Assembly (NCBI RefSeq): GCF_037621005.1
Contig: NZ_JASJLB010000001.1
Reading direction: 5' to 3' (one strand)
Source: Parasphingorhabdus sp.
GTDB taxonomy: Bacteria; Pseudomonadota; Alphaproteobacteria; Sphingomonadales; Sphingomonadaceae
DNA: 64,000 nt
The notes beneath the pieces are model-generated. The model saw only the letters and a list, made by a program, of their open reading frames with translations. It was not told where the DNA came from and ran no database searches. Shown one piece after another: positions 20,062 to 31,860 of this stretch. The translations under genes were made by a program, and so were the position numbers. Every line of letters begins with the position of its first letter. Position 1 is the stretch's first letter.

Positions 20062-23000
20062 TTAAGTCTGCGAAGCCTTATAATAGGACTGTAACGCGCG
20101 AACTTCAAGAGTCTGATCGCGCAGGGCCTCAATCGCCTGCATCGCGGCATTGCTGGCGGTGGCGGTTGTATAGATAGGAATTTTGCCAACCAGCGCCGCC
20201 GCCCGGATCGATTTGGAATCCTTGAGCGACTGCCAGCCTTCGGTTGTATTGAAGATCAGATTGACATCGCCATCCTTGATCCGGTCGACGATATGGGGGC
20301 GTCCCTCGGCGACCTTGTTGACTTTCTCGACCTTGATCCCCCGTTCGGTCAGATAAGCCGCAGTTCCGGACGTAGCGATCAGACGGAAGCCAAGCTTCTC
20401 GGCCAGACGCGCTGCCGGTTCGATCACCTTCTTGTCGGTTTCCTTGACCGAAATGAAGATCGTCCCGCTATCGGGCAATATATTGCTCGCACCCAGTTGC
20501 GCCTTGGCAAAGGCAATCGGGAAATTCTGGTCGATGCCCATGACTTCGCCGGTCGATTTCATTTCCGGCGACAGCACCGGATCGACACCGGGGAAACGGT
20601 TGAACGGGAAGACCGCCTCCTTGACCGCGATATAGTCGATATGCCGGTTGATCACCGGCAAGTCCTTGAGCTTCTCTCCGGCCATCACCCGCGATGCGAT
20701 CTTGGCAATCGGAACGCCGATCGCCTTGGCGACAAAAGGCACCGTTCGGCTGGCACGGGGATTGACCTCGATCAGATAGACTTCGCCGTCCTTGACCGCG
20801 AACTGGATGTTCATCAGCCCCTTGACCTTCAGACCGAAAGCCAGCGCTTCGGTCTGCCGCTCCATTTCGGCGATGATGTCATCGCTAAGATTATAAGGCG
20901 GAATCGTGCACGCGCTGTCGCCCGAGTGGACCCCAGCTTCCTCTATATGCTGGAGCACGCCGCAAACCACGACTTCGTCGCCGTCGCAGATCGCATCGAC
21001 ATCGACTTCGATCGCATCGCGCAGATATTTGTCGACCAGCACCGGACTGTCACCCGACACCTGTACCGCGGTATTGATATAATCTTCCAGCTGGGCCGGG
21101 CCGTCGACAATTTCCATCGCCCGCCCGCCAAGCACGAAACTTGGCCGGATCAATACCGGATAGCCGATACGTTCGGCGATTTTCACCGCTTCGTCGCGGG
21201 TCCGGGCCATGCCATTTTCCGGCTGCTTGAGTTTCAACTTGTGGACCAGCTTGGCAAAACGCTCGCGGTCTTCGGCCAGATCGATCGCATCCGGCGAGGT
21301 GCCGAGGATCGGAATGCCGGCATCTTCCAGCGCCTGCGCCAGTTTCAGCGGGGTTTGCCCGCCAAATTGAACAACCACGCCAACCAGTTCGCCCGATTGC
21401 TTTTCGACATGCAAGATTTCCAGCACATCTTCGGCAGTCAGCGGCTCGAAATAGAGCCGGTCAGATGTGTCATAATCGGTCGACACGGTTTCCGGATTGC
21501 AGTTGACCATGATCGTTTCATAGCCCGCTTCCGAAAGCGCATAGCAGGCGTGGCAACAGCAATAATCGAACTCAATCCCCTGCCCGATCCGGTTTGGACC
21601 GCCGCCGAGAATGATGATTTTCTTGCGATCCGATGGCTGCGCCTCGCATTCCGGCGCGCCGAAAATCGGCGCTTCATAGGTCGAGTACATATAAGGCGTC
21701 TTGGCTTCAAATTCTGCTGCACAAGTGTCGATCCGTTTGTACACCGGCCGCACACCCAGCTTGTGACGCAAGGTCCGGACATCGGATTCGGTCGTTGCCC
21801 CCGCCATGGCGGCAAGCGCGTCATGAACCAGCCCGCGTCCGCCAGCGACGGCTCGCCCGGCTCCGCCGGCAATATGGACCGAATCAATCGCCAGTTTGGC
21901 CAGTCGCTGATCGGAAAAGCCCATGGATTTCAGCTTGCGCAAGGCTTGCGCATCATTCGGCAGACCATTGTCTATCACGCCCTGCTCGGCATCGACGATT
22001 TCGCGAATTCTGGCCAGAAACCAGGGATCGAAACCGGCAATGGCATGGATTTCCGCATCAGTAAAACCTTCGCGCATCGCTTGGGCGGCAACTAGCAGAC
22101 GGTCCGGGGTCGCCCGGGCAAGAGCGGCGGCGATATCGTCGCGGTCCGCCCCTTCGAGCTCCACTACACGGTTGAAGCCGTCCAGCCCGGTTTCCAGCCC
22201 ACGCAGCGCTTTCTGCATCGATTCATGGATATTGCGGCCAATCGCCATGACTTCACCGACTGACTTCATCGCGGTCGACAGCAATGGCTCTGCGCCCTTG
22301 AACTTCTCGAAGGCAAAGCGCGGAATCTTGGTGACTATATAATCAATCGTCGGCTCGAACGACGCCGGGGTGGCGCCGGTAATGTCATTCTCGATCTCGT
22401 CGAGCGTATAGCCAACCGCCAGTTTCGCGGCGACGCTGGCGATCGGGAAGCCGGTCGCCTTGGACGCCAGCGCAGAGGAGCGCGACACCCGCGGGTTCAT
22501 TTCGATAACGACCAGCCGGCCATCCTTCGGATTGACCGCAAACTGCACGTTCGATCCACCGGTTTCGACACCAATTTCACGCAGCACCGCAATGCTGGCG
22601 TTGCGCATGATCTGATATTCCTTGTCGGTCAGGGTCAGCGCCGGCGCAACGGTGATGCTGTCCCCGGTATGCACGCCCATCGGATCAACATTTTCGATCG
22701 AGCAGATGATGATGCAATTATCCTTCTTGTCGCGGACAACCTCCATCTCATATTCTTTCCAGCCGATAATCGATTCCTCGATCAGCACCTCGTTGGTCGG
22801 CGAGGCTTCAAGGCCCGTACCGACAATATGCATGAATTCTTCTTTATTATAGGCAACGCCGCCGCCAGCCCCGCCCATGGTGAAGCTCGGCCGCATGATC
22901 GCTGGCAGACCAATTTCTTCCAGCGCCTTCATGGCGTCTTCCATATTATGGGCAATCGCCGAACACGGGCTTTCTAGACCGATCTTGGTCATCGCGGTCT

Positions 23001-23397
23001 TGAATTTCTCGCGGTCCTCGGCCTTGTCGATCGCCTCGGCATCAGCCCCAATCATCTGCACGCCATATTTTTCGAGCACGCCCATTTTGTTGAGCGTCAG
23101 TGCCGTGTTCAGCGCCGTCTGCCCACCCATGGTCGGCAGGATCGCGTCGGGGCGTTCCTTCTCGATAATCTTGGCGACTATCTCGGGTGTAATCGGTTCA
23201 ATATAGGTCGCATCAGCCATTTCCGGGTCGGTCATGATCGTCGCCGGATTCGAGTTAACCAGGATGATCCGGTAACCCTCCTCCTTCAGCGCCTTGCACG
23301 CCTGCGTGCCGCTATAGTCAAACTCGCAGGCCTGGCCGATGATGATCGGGCCAGCGCCTATGATAAGGATGGATTTTATGTCAGTTCTTTTGGGCAT
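20062..23397 (-). CDS. carB: Carbamoyl-phosphate synthase large subunit
   Basis: 1111 aa. Starts [30 protein letters not shown] and has duplicated ATP-grasp halves plus a C-terminal MGS-like domain. Confidence 0.98.
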   Translation of the reverse strand: MPKRTDIKSILIIGAGPIIIGQACEFDYSGTQACKALKEEGYRIILVNSNPATIMTDPEMADATYIEPITPEIVAKIIEKERPDAILPTMGGQTALNTALTLNKMGVLEKYGVQMIGADAEAIDKAEDREKFKTAMTKIGLESPCSAIAHNMEDAMKALEEIGLPAIMRPSFTMGGAGGGVAYNKEEFMHIVGTGLEASPTNEVLIEESIIGWKEYEMEVVRDKKDNCIIICSIENVDPMGVHTGDSITVAPALTLTDKEYQIMRNASIAVLREIGVETGGSNVQFAVNPKDGRLVVIEMNPRVSRSSALASKATGFPIASVAAKLAVGYTLDEIENDITGATPASFEPTIDYIVTKIPRFAFEKFKGAEPLLSTAMKSVGEVMAIGRNIHESMQKALRGLETGLDGFNRVVELEGADRDDIAAALARATPDRLLVAAQAMREGFTDAEIHAIAGFDPWFLARIREIVDAEQGVIDNGLPNDAQALRKLKSMGFSDQRLAKLAIDSVHIAGGAGRAVAGGRGLVHDALAAMAGATTESDVRTLRHKLGVRPVYKRIDTCAAEFEAKTPYMYSTYEAPIFGAPECEAQPSDRKKIIILGGGPNRIGQGIEFDYCCCHACYALSEAGYETIMVNCNPETVSTDYDTSDRLYFEPLTAEDVLEILHVEKQSGELVGVVVQFGGQTPLKLAQALEDAGIPILGTSPDAIDLAEDRERFAKLVHKLKLKQPENGMARTRDEAVKIAERIGYPVLIRPSFVLGGRAMEIVDGPAQLEDYINTAVQVSGDSPVLVDKYLRDAIEVDVDAICDGDEVVVCGVLQHIEEAGVHSGDSACTIPPYNLSDDIIAEMERQTEALAFGLKVKGLMNIQFAVKDGEVYLIEVNPRASRTVPFVAKAIGVPIAKIASRVMAGEKLKDLPVINRHIDYIAVKEAVFPFNRFPGVDPVLSPEMKSTGEVMGIDQNFPIAFAKAQLGASNILPDSGTIFISVKETDKKVIEPAARLAEKLGFRLIATSGTAAYLTERGIKVEKVNKVAEGRPHIVDRIKDGDVNLIFNTTEGWQSLKDSKSIRAAALVGKIPIYTTATASNAAMQAIEALRDQTLEVRALQSYYKASQT

Positions 23398-24029
23398 TAA
23401 TGTTCATCCAAGTTGGCGCTTTCGGCCACTACGACTCGAACGTCTTCGTTCGGACCGTGTTTGAGAAGGCCAAGAAAGACTTTGCCTCCGATTCCAATGA
23501 GGTTTTGAAGCAGCCAATCCCATATCTTGGGAAGGTCAGACAAGAGTTCAGCTTTGCTTTTCTCAAAATCCCGACCGAAACTCTCCAAATAGGGGTTCCA
23601 TTCATGAAGCCACTTGTGAGACCGGCGATAAATCGCTCGCACATCATCAACCGTTAAATTTATTTCCAGCCTCTTCACTATGTGATTTGAAACTCTAGGA
23701 TCACTGCCTAAAGGTGGGTTGTCTCTTCTGAATGACCTTGGGAAAACCAACTCTTTTTGCTTCGGCAGCTTAGCAAATTTTTTATCGGCATTCCATTGAC
23801 CGCGAGCATCTCTCGGGATCTTCTTTAAACCGTTATCCAACGCTACTAAACAACCGAATGCGAAACGCTCTATGGATTTCCGTATATGAAAAGCACTGGT
23901 TTCGAGGACTGCAAAGTCAGAATTAGCCTCTCGATGCAGGTTGTCTATTATTTCGTATCTAGCTCTAATATTTATTAACAACGATTGATACTTCCGATGC
24001 GGGGAAGGTTTTTCGACCATAGCCATCAC
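23397..24029 (-). CDS. Hypothetical protein (low-GC orphan between the RraB-like gene and carB)
   Basis: 210 aa (GTG 24029, or ATG 24026). My hand count gives ~44% G+C over 23401-24000. Net basic (18 R + 17 K vs 14 D + 14 E). No TM segment and no family recognised. Contains [12 protein letters not shown] (R-x5-H). Its stop overlaps the carB start (TAATG) and its start overlaps the upstream stop. Confidence 0.65.
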   Translation of the reverse strand: MMAMVEKPSPHRKYQSLLINIRARYEIIDNLHREANSDFAVLETSAFHIRKSIERFAFGCLVALDNGLKKIPRDARGQWNADKKFAKLPKQKELVFPRSFRRDNPPLGSDPRVSNHIVKRLEINLTVDDVRAIYRRSHKWLHEWNPYLESFGRDFEKSKAELLSDLPKIWDWLLQNLIGIGGKVFLGLLKHGPNEDVRVVVAESANLDEH

Positions 24030-24403
24030 GCCGGATTCTCGTCAGAAATCTCGCCATTTTCGTTGCATGCAAAACAACCCCAACCATCATGGTCGATGTC
24101 ATATTCGGTTTCGATCTCGAGGCATTTGCGCGTCAGTTCTCGGATCGTTTCCCGCTTGGTATCCAGATCAATCTGCAGCTCGATCACCCACTCGTCATCC
24201 TCATTGGTGACCAGCGCCGAGCGGAAGCCCCATTTTGCCGCGTCATTCTTCAGCTTGTTGAGATCGGAAACCGCACCGACAAATTGCACGTTAATCTCGC
24301 GCACAACATGAGAAAAATCGCCGCCTGCGGCCATATTTTGCAGGATTTCGTCATCAATCGCCCATTCTTCGGCAAGATGTTCAGGATCAATTGCGCCGCT
24401 CAT
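24026..24403 (-). CDS. RraB-like protein (regulator of ribonuclease activity B family)
   Basis: I use ATG 24403 (MSGAIDPEHL...), giving 125 aa, rather than the track start 24520, which lies inside carA. The layout GDFSHVVREINVQFVG...AAKWGF...WVIELQ...YDIDHDGWG parallels E. coli RraB (...YDGWGTYF). Strongly acidic (30 D+E vs 10 K+R). ATGA overlap with the carA stop. Confidence 0.65.
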   Translation of the reverse strand: MSGAIDPEHLAEEWAIDDEILQNMAAGGDFSHVVREINVQFVGAVSDLNKLKNDAAKWGFRSALVTNEDDEWVIELQIDLDTKRETIRELTRKCLEIETEYDIDHDGWGCFACNENGEISDENPA

Positions 24404-25596
24404 TGGCTCAGCCCCCCCACAAATTTCTCGAACAGATAGAAACTGTCCTGCGGTCCAGGACTCGCCTCGGGGTGATATTGCACGCCAAAGGCGCGTTTGC
24501 CGATGATTTCGATGCCGCAATTGCTGCCGTCGAACAGGCTTTTGTGGGTCTCGTGAATATTGTCGGGCAGCGTTTCGCTGTCCACCGCAAAACCATGATT
24601 CATGCTGGTAATCTCGACCAGACCTTCGGTCTCGTCCCAGCCGCCGCCGATCCGCTGCACCGGATGATTGGCGCCGCGATGGCCCTGGTGCATTTTCACC
24701 GTCTTGGCGCCCGCCGCCAGCGCCAGCATCTGATGACCAAGACAGATGCCGAACAGCGGGATATCCGCTTCCAGCAATTGTTTGATCACTGGAACCGCAT
24801 AGACGCCAGTCGCCGCCGGATCGCCGGGGCCATTGGAGAGAAATACCCCTGCCGGTTCCAACTTCATGATTTCTTCAAACGAAGATTCGGCTTTAACTAC
24901 AGTGATTTTTGCTCCAGCATTCACAATATTTCTAAAGATATTGCGCTTCGCGCCATAATCAATCGCCACGACATGCGGACGGGTCGAAGATGCTTCCATC
25001 TCTTCCAGCGGCGCATAGCCATGACCCAGCCGCCACAGACCACCCTTGTCCCACAATTGGGTCTGGTGCCCGGTCACTTCCTTGGCCAGATCCATGCCTT
25101 CCAGCCCGGCCCAGGCCCGCGCCTTGCCGAGCAATTCGTCAATATCAAACTGGCCATCGGGATCATAAGCGATCACCGCATTGGGCGCTCCCGCTTCGCG
25201 GATCCGCCGGGTCAAAGCGCGGGTATCAACGCCGCTGATCCCGATCCGGCCATTTTCCGCCATCCACTGGTCAAACGGCTTCTGGTCGCGGAAATTGGAT
25301 GGCGCGGTAATATCCTCGCGGACGATGCAGCCCAGAGCATGCGGGCTGTCGGCCTCTACATCCTCGTCATTGGTTCCGGTATTGCCGATATGCGGGAAGG
25401 TGAAGGTCACGATCTGCCCGGCATAGCTAGGGTCGGTCATCACCTCCTGATAGCCGGTCATCGCGGTGTTGAAGCAGACTTCGCCAACCGCACTGCCCGT
25501 CGCGCCAAAGCCCCTGCCCCACACAATCGTACCATCGGCCAATACCAATATCCCTGTTGCACCCGCGGGAGCGTCGGGATTATGGGCATTGGTCAT
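24400..25596 (-). CDS. carA: Carbamoyl-phosphate synthase small (glutaminase) subunit
   Basis: 398 aa with the class-I amidotransferase nucleophile context PLFGICLGHQMLA. Confidence 0.97.
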   Translation of the reverse strand: MTNAHNPDAPAGATGILVLADGTIVWGRGFGATGSAVGEVCFNTAMTGYQEVMTDPSYAGQIVTFTFPHIGNTGTNDEDVEADSPHALGCIVREDITAPSNFRDQKPFDQWMAENGRIGISGVDTRALTRRIREAGAPNAVIAYDPDGQFDIDELLGKARAWAGLEGMDLAKEVTGHQTQLWDKGGLWRLGHGYAPLEEMEASSTRPHVVAIDYGAKRNIFRNIVNAGAKITVVKAESSFEEIMKLEPAGVFLSNGPGDPAATGVYAVPVIKQLLEADIPLFGICLGHQMLALAAGAKTVKMHQGHRGANHPVQRIGGGWDETEGLVEITSMNHGFAVDSETLPDNIHETHKSLFDGSNCGIEIIGKRAFGVQYHPEASPGPQDSFYLFEKFVGGLSQ

Positions 25597-25730
25597 GGGC
25601 TGTTCCTTTGGGTCTGGCGTATGCGCAAAATTTCATGGGACCTAGAACCAGATTTCTGGCGTCACAATCTATGAAAAAAATTATCTTCCCGCTATACGTG
25701 GTCACTTACTCCAAAAATATGAGGAACGCC

Positions 25731-26183
25731 ATGATTCGCGATACCGTGAAAGCCGCGCAAATTGCCGCCATGAAGGCCGGTGACAAGGACCGCACCGCCG
25801 CCACACGCAGCATCCTGGCGAAGATCAAGGACAAGGATATCGAACTGCGCACCAAGGAAGATGGTCGCGATGACGATACCATTCTCGTCGATGTGCTGCA
25901 GAAAATGGCCAAGCAACGACGCGAATCGATCGACATGTTCGAAACAGGCGGCCGCACCGAACTGGCCGCAGCGGAGAAAATGGAACTGTCGGTGATCGAG
26001 GAATTCCTCCCCGCGCAGCTGAGCGATGAAGATACCGCGGCGCTGATCAATGGCATCAAGACGGAACTCGGCGCCGACGGCATGAAAGACATGGGCCGGC
26101 TAATGGGCGAACTCAAAAAGCGCCACGGCACCGAAATCGACATGAGCAAAGCCAGCGCGCTGGTGAAGGCGGCGCTGAGCTGA
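25731..26183 (+). CDS. GatB/YqeY domain-containing protein
   Basis: The track ORF starts at 25557. I prefer ATG 25731 (MIRDTVKAAQIAAMKAGDKDR), which has GAGGA 5 nt upstream and gives the usual ~150-aa YqeY length. Confidence 0.85.
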   Translation: MIRDTVKAAQIAAMKAGDKDRTAATRSILAKIKDKDIELRTKEDGRDDDTILVDVLQKMAKQRRESIDMFETGGRTELAAAEKMELSVIEEFLPAQLSDEDTAALINGIKTELGADGMKDMGRLMGELKKRHGTEIDMSKASALVKAALS

Positions 26184-26187
26184 ACCC

Positions 26188-28056
26188 ATGACCCTTTCCC
26201 CGCAATGGCTTGAAGAACTTCGATCGCGTGTCACTTTATCGACACTGATCGGGCGTACGGTGAAGATCCAGAAGGCGGGGCGGGAATATAAGGCATGCTG
26301 CCCGTTTCATAACGAGAAATCGCCCAGCTTCACGATCAACGACGAAAAGGGCTTTTATCACTGCTTCGGCTGCGGCGCGCATGGCGATGCCATCAGCTGG
26401 ATGACCGAACAGCGCGGGCTGGGCTTCATGGACGCGGTCAAGGATCTCGCCGCCGAAGCGCAAATGGAAGTCCCTGCACCCGATCCCCGAGCGGCGCAGC
26501 GGCAGGAGACCCGTGCCACCCTGCATGACGTAATGGCGGCAGCGCAGGACTGGTTTGTCGCCCAATTCAACGGCACAGAGGGCGCTCCGGCGCGCGAATA
26601 TCTGAAAAACCGAGGCATTGCCGAGAATACTATCCGCGAGTTCGGCTTTGGCTTCGCCCCGGATTCGCGCGGACGGCTCAAGGAAGCACTCTCAAAACAC
26701 GGCATGGACCAGCTGATCGAGGCCGGCCTGCTGATCAAGGTTGACGACAAGGAACCCTATGACCGGTTCCGCGGTCGACTGATGATCCCGATCCGCGATC
26801 CGCGCGGCCGGGTTATTGCCTTTGGTGGTCGAATTTTGGGCGATGGCGAACCCAAATATCTCAATTCCCCCGACACGCCGTTGTTCGACAAAGGCCGTAC
26901 GCTCTACAATCTCGACAAGGCCTCGCCCGCCTCCCGCCAAACCGGGCGGGTTTTGGTAGTCGAGGGCTATATGGATGCCATCGCTCTGGCGCAGGCTGGC
27001 TTCAACGACGTCGTCGCCCCGCTCGGAACAGCGCTGACCGAGCACCAGATCGAACGCATCTGGAAAATGGTCGAAGCCCCGATCCTCTGCTTCGACGGGG
27101 ACAATGCCGGTCAAAAGGCGTCCATGCGCGCAGCCTTGCGCGCCCTGCCGATATTGCGCCCCTCGCACAGCCTGAACTTCATTTCTCTTCCCGCAGGACA
27201 AGACCCCGATGACCTGATCCGCTCCGACGGCGCCTATGCCTTCGCTGCCCTGATCGCGCAACCGCAGATGCTCGACGACAAAATCTGGCAGGTGGAATAT
27301 GACGCAGAGCCGCTGAACACGCCGGAAACCAAGGCCGGCCTGAAAAAACGTCTGTCCGATCATGTCCGCGATATTGCCGATCAGGATATTGCCCAGCATT
27401 ACCGGCAGGAATTTTACGAACGCTATCAAGCCGCCTTTTTTCCTCAAAAGGACAGTCGGCCTGAAGGCATGCGCTTCCAAAACAACAACCGCAAATTCCC
27501 AACGAAATTTGTCTCCTTCAAACCGATGGATGACACCAAGACCTTTTTGATCGAGGGATATGACCTACAGATTGCCAAGGGCATATTGGGCGGCCTGATC
27601 CGTCATCCGTGCCGGATTTCCAAGCATTTTGAAGAGCTCAACGCCATCAAATTGGCCGATTCGCAATTGCAGGCATTGCTCGGCGAATTGATCAATGCCG
27701 CGATGAGCAAAGAAACGCTTGATATGCAGGGCCTTCTTACCATATTGAAAAAGACAGATTGTTATAATATCGCAAAAGGGCTGTTACGGGCCGACGCGCT
27801 GAATTTCACTTTCAACCGCAAGCTGCCAGACGATGCCCCTTCGCTTTTGATCGAACGGGCGTATCGGGATTTGGCAGAAGCGATTAAAGTGGTGACAGCA
27901 CGCCCCGGACTAGAAGCGGCTCTCGCAGAGGCAACACAGCGAGTGCAGGATGATCTTACGGAAGAAAGTTATGCCGAGCAGCAGCGCCTTCGCGAAGCGA
28001 AGCAGTTATTTCACGAGCGGTTGGTCGACCTGACCCAGATCGACGACATAATATAG
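26188..28056 (+). CDS. dnaG: DNA primase
   Basis: 622 aa. Zinc-binding motif CPFHNEKSPSFTINDEKGFYHCFGCGAHGD and a Toprim domain (VVEGYMDAIAL). Confidence 0.97.
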   Translation: MTLSPQWLEELRSRVTLSTLIGRTVKIQKAGREYKACCPFHNEKSPSFTINDEKGFYHCFGCGAHGDAISWMTEQRGLGFMDAVKDLAAEAQMEVPAPDPRAAQRQETRATLHDVMAAAQDWFVAQFNGTEGAPAREYLKNRGIAENTIREFGFGFAPDSRGRLKEALSKHGMDQLIEAGLLIKVDDKEPYDRFRGRLMIPIRDPRGRVIAFGGRILGDGEPKYLNSPDTPLFDKGRTLYNLDKASPASRQTGRVLVVEGYMDAIALAQAGFNDVVAPLGTALTEHQIERIWKMVEAPILCFDGDNAGQKASMRAALRALPILRPSHSLNFISLPAGQDPDDLIRSDGAYAFAALIAQPQMLDDKIWQVEYDAEPLNTPETKAGLKKRLSDHVRDIADQDIAQHYRQEFYERYQAAFFPQKDSRPEGMRFQNNNRKFPTKFVSFKPMDDTKTFLIEGYDLQIAKGILGGLIRHPCRISKHFEELNAIKLADSQLQALLGELINAAMSKETLDMQGLLTILKKTDCYNIAKGLLRADALNFTFNRKLPDDAPSLLIERAYRDLAEAIKVVTARPGLEAALAEATQRVQDDLTEESYAEQQRLREAKQLFHERLVDLTQIDDII

Positions 28057-28079
28057 TTTCAAATTAGGGGCCTCAGCCA

Positions 28080-30089
<2,010 letters not shown>

Positions 30090-30167
30090 TCTCGCGGCTG
30101 CGAACCTGATTGCCATGGTTTGTAAATCCCTAACAGCGGGTAAACCTGCTCTTTAGGTATCGCCTGT

Positions 30168-30893
30168 ATGCTTGAAGGTAGACGAAAATGTTCAATGCAT
30201 TTTCGCAACCATTTTCGGGATATCGGAAACGCGATGCTAGTACAAAATGCACAATCGGCGATTCATCCAGGTTTCGCTAGACACGTCGGCGCACATGGCA
30301 GCGATACGGTGCCCTATGTCCGGCTTATCGCCGAAGATTTTTCGATCCTATCTGGTGCAGATATCGCGGACATCGCCCATTTCATGTGCGTTTTGTATGG
30401 ACCCCATCCTGGCGTAATCGATCATGCCGCGACCAAAACCGTAGATGATGCAGCCCGGGAATGGTTGATTGAGGCGACTGATGGCTTTGCTGCTGAACGC
30501 GCTTTTCTAACCAAGTTGACCGTGGCTGCAGGACCGATTTCAGGCGTTAGCGTAGACGACCAGAGCAACACCGCCGTGCATGGTCAACGCAAGGCCCTGG
30601 AGATGCTGTCCCAGTCCGATCGCAGCGGATGCGCCATTGGTGCAGCCATAGCATTGATTGCAGATTGGCATTTCATCAGAAACATTCTGGAACGGATCGC
30701 CTTGCGTGTCGGCGTTGAAGCCCGCTCGTCCATTCTGCCAAGTATCGATAAAACTTCTGTCCTCAACAGCCGTCTAGCGGAAACTCCCGCTTTGGAACGG
30801 GCGTTGAATTTTGGAGCGGAACAGCTGCTCAACCAGCATCGCGGTCTCTGGCAACTCCTGGAAGCTCGCCGAAATATGCGCCTTTCTCGTTAA
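30168..30893 (+). CDS. Hypothetical protein
   Basis: 241-aa ORF. ATG 30234 (MLVQNAQ...) is an equally plausible start. Soluble and helical by composition (IADIAHFMCVLYGPHPGVIDHAA...). No family I can name with confidence. Confidence 0.6.
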   Translation: MLEGRRKCSMHFRNHFRDIGNAMLVQNAQSAIHPGFARHVGAHGSDTVPYVRLIAEDFSILSGADIADIAHFMCVLYGPHPGVIDHAATKTVDDAAREWLIEATDGFAAERAFLTKLTVAAGPISGVSVDDQSNTAVHGQRKALEMLSQSDRSGCAIGAAIALIADWHFIRNILERIALRVGVEARSSILPSIDKTSVLNSRLAETPALERALNFGAEQLLNQHRGLWQLLEARRNMRLSR

Positions 30894-30999
30894 ATTCTCC
30901 GTTAGGCCCCGCGGAACTTAACTAAATGATTAACTTGCCTAGAATGCTAGCTTTCCCTATCGCCTGTGCTTTGACTTTCATGGCAAGGAATAGGAAATT

Positions 31000-31845
31000 A
31001 TGCGTTTTGACGGTACCAAGGACTACGTTGCAACCGATGATCTGAAGGTTGCTGTCAACGCCGCCATGACCCTCCGGCGCCCTCTCCTCGTCAAAGGCGA
31101 ACCCGGCACGGGCAAAACGGTTCTGGCCTATGAAATTGCCAAAGCGATGGGCACTCCGCTGATCGAGTGGAACGTTAAATCAACCACCAAAGCACATCAG
31201 GGCCTTTATGAATATGATGCGGTGGCGCGTCTTCGTGACGGGCAATTGGGCGATGAACGCGTGCACGATATCTCCAATTACATCCGCAAGGGAAAGCTAT
31301 GGGAGGCATTCACCGCTCCCGAACTGCCAGTGCTGCTGATTGACGAGATCGACAAAGCAGACATTGAGTTTCCAAACGACCTTCTGCAAGAACTCGACCG
31401 CATGGAGTTTCATGTCTACGAGACGAAAGAGACGATCAAGGCGGTCGAACGGCCAATCGTGATTATTACCTCGAATAATGAGAAGGAACTGCCCGACGCC
31501 TTCCTGCGCCGTTGTTTCTTTCACTATATCAAATTTCCTGACCGGCAGACTATGCAGGAAATCATCAACGTCCATTTTCCCGATATTCAGGGCATCCTTG
31601 TTAAAAAGGCAATGGACATCTTCTACGATGTCCGAGACGTCCCGGGACTCAAGAAGAAACCCAGCACTAGCGAATTGCTCGACTGGCTGAAATTGATTCT
31701 CAACGAGGATATGCCGCTCGAAGTGTTGCAGTCGAAAGACTCTACCAAGGCGATCCCGCCATTACACGGTGCGCTGCTCAAGAATGAGCAAGACGTGATG
31801 CTGTTCGAACGCCTCGCCTTCATGGCGAAACGCGAAGCGCGCTAA
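31000..31845 (+). CDS. MoxR-family AAA+ ATPase
   Basis: 281 aa. Walker A GEPGTGKT, Walker B VLLIDEIDKA, sensor region IITSNNEKELPDAFLRRCF. It is followed by a VWA partner, as is typical for MoxR. Confidence 0.88.
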   Translation: MRFDGTKDYVATDDLKVAVNAAMTLRRPLLVKGEPGTGKTVLAYEIAKAMGTPLIEWNVKSTTKAHQGLYEYDAVARLRDGQLGDERVHDISNYIRKGKLWEAFTAPELPVLLIDEIDKADIEFPNDLLQELDRMEFHVYETKETIKAVERPIVIITSNNEKELPDAFLRRCFFHYIKFPDRQTMQEIINVHFPDIQGILVKKAMDIFYDVRDVPGLKKKPSTSELLDWLKLILNEDMPLEVLQSKDSTKAIPPLHGALLKNEQDVMLFERLAFMAKREAR

Positions 31846-31860
31846 GCAGAGGCACAGACG

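Noticed and set aside
20293-22095. 600-aa plus-strand ORF
   Set aside because: Antisense to carB. The sequence is Arg/Asp/His/Phe-rich nonsense with no motifs, and the carB assignment on the other strand is unequivocal.
24404-24520. N-terminal extensions suggested by longest-ORF starts in the track. Examples: 24404-24520 on the RraB-like gene, 2937-3020, 25557-25730, 35120-35185, 35148-35264, 50605-50694
   Set aside because: In each case the extension overlaps a neighbouring well-supported gene or lacks family-typical N-terminal sequence. A downstream ATG gives the canonical N-terminus, often with a Shine-Dalgarno-like purine tract.
24391-25674. 427-aa plus-strand ORF
   Set aside because: Antisense to carA, for the same reasoning as above.
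25671-25684. ARG-box-like A/T tract (atgaaaaaaattat) in the carA / yqeY divergent spacer
   Set aside because: It only partly matches the TNTGAATWWWWATTCANW consensus. It cannot be distinguished from a generic AT-rich promoter or UP element without comparative data.
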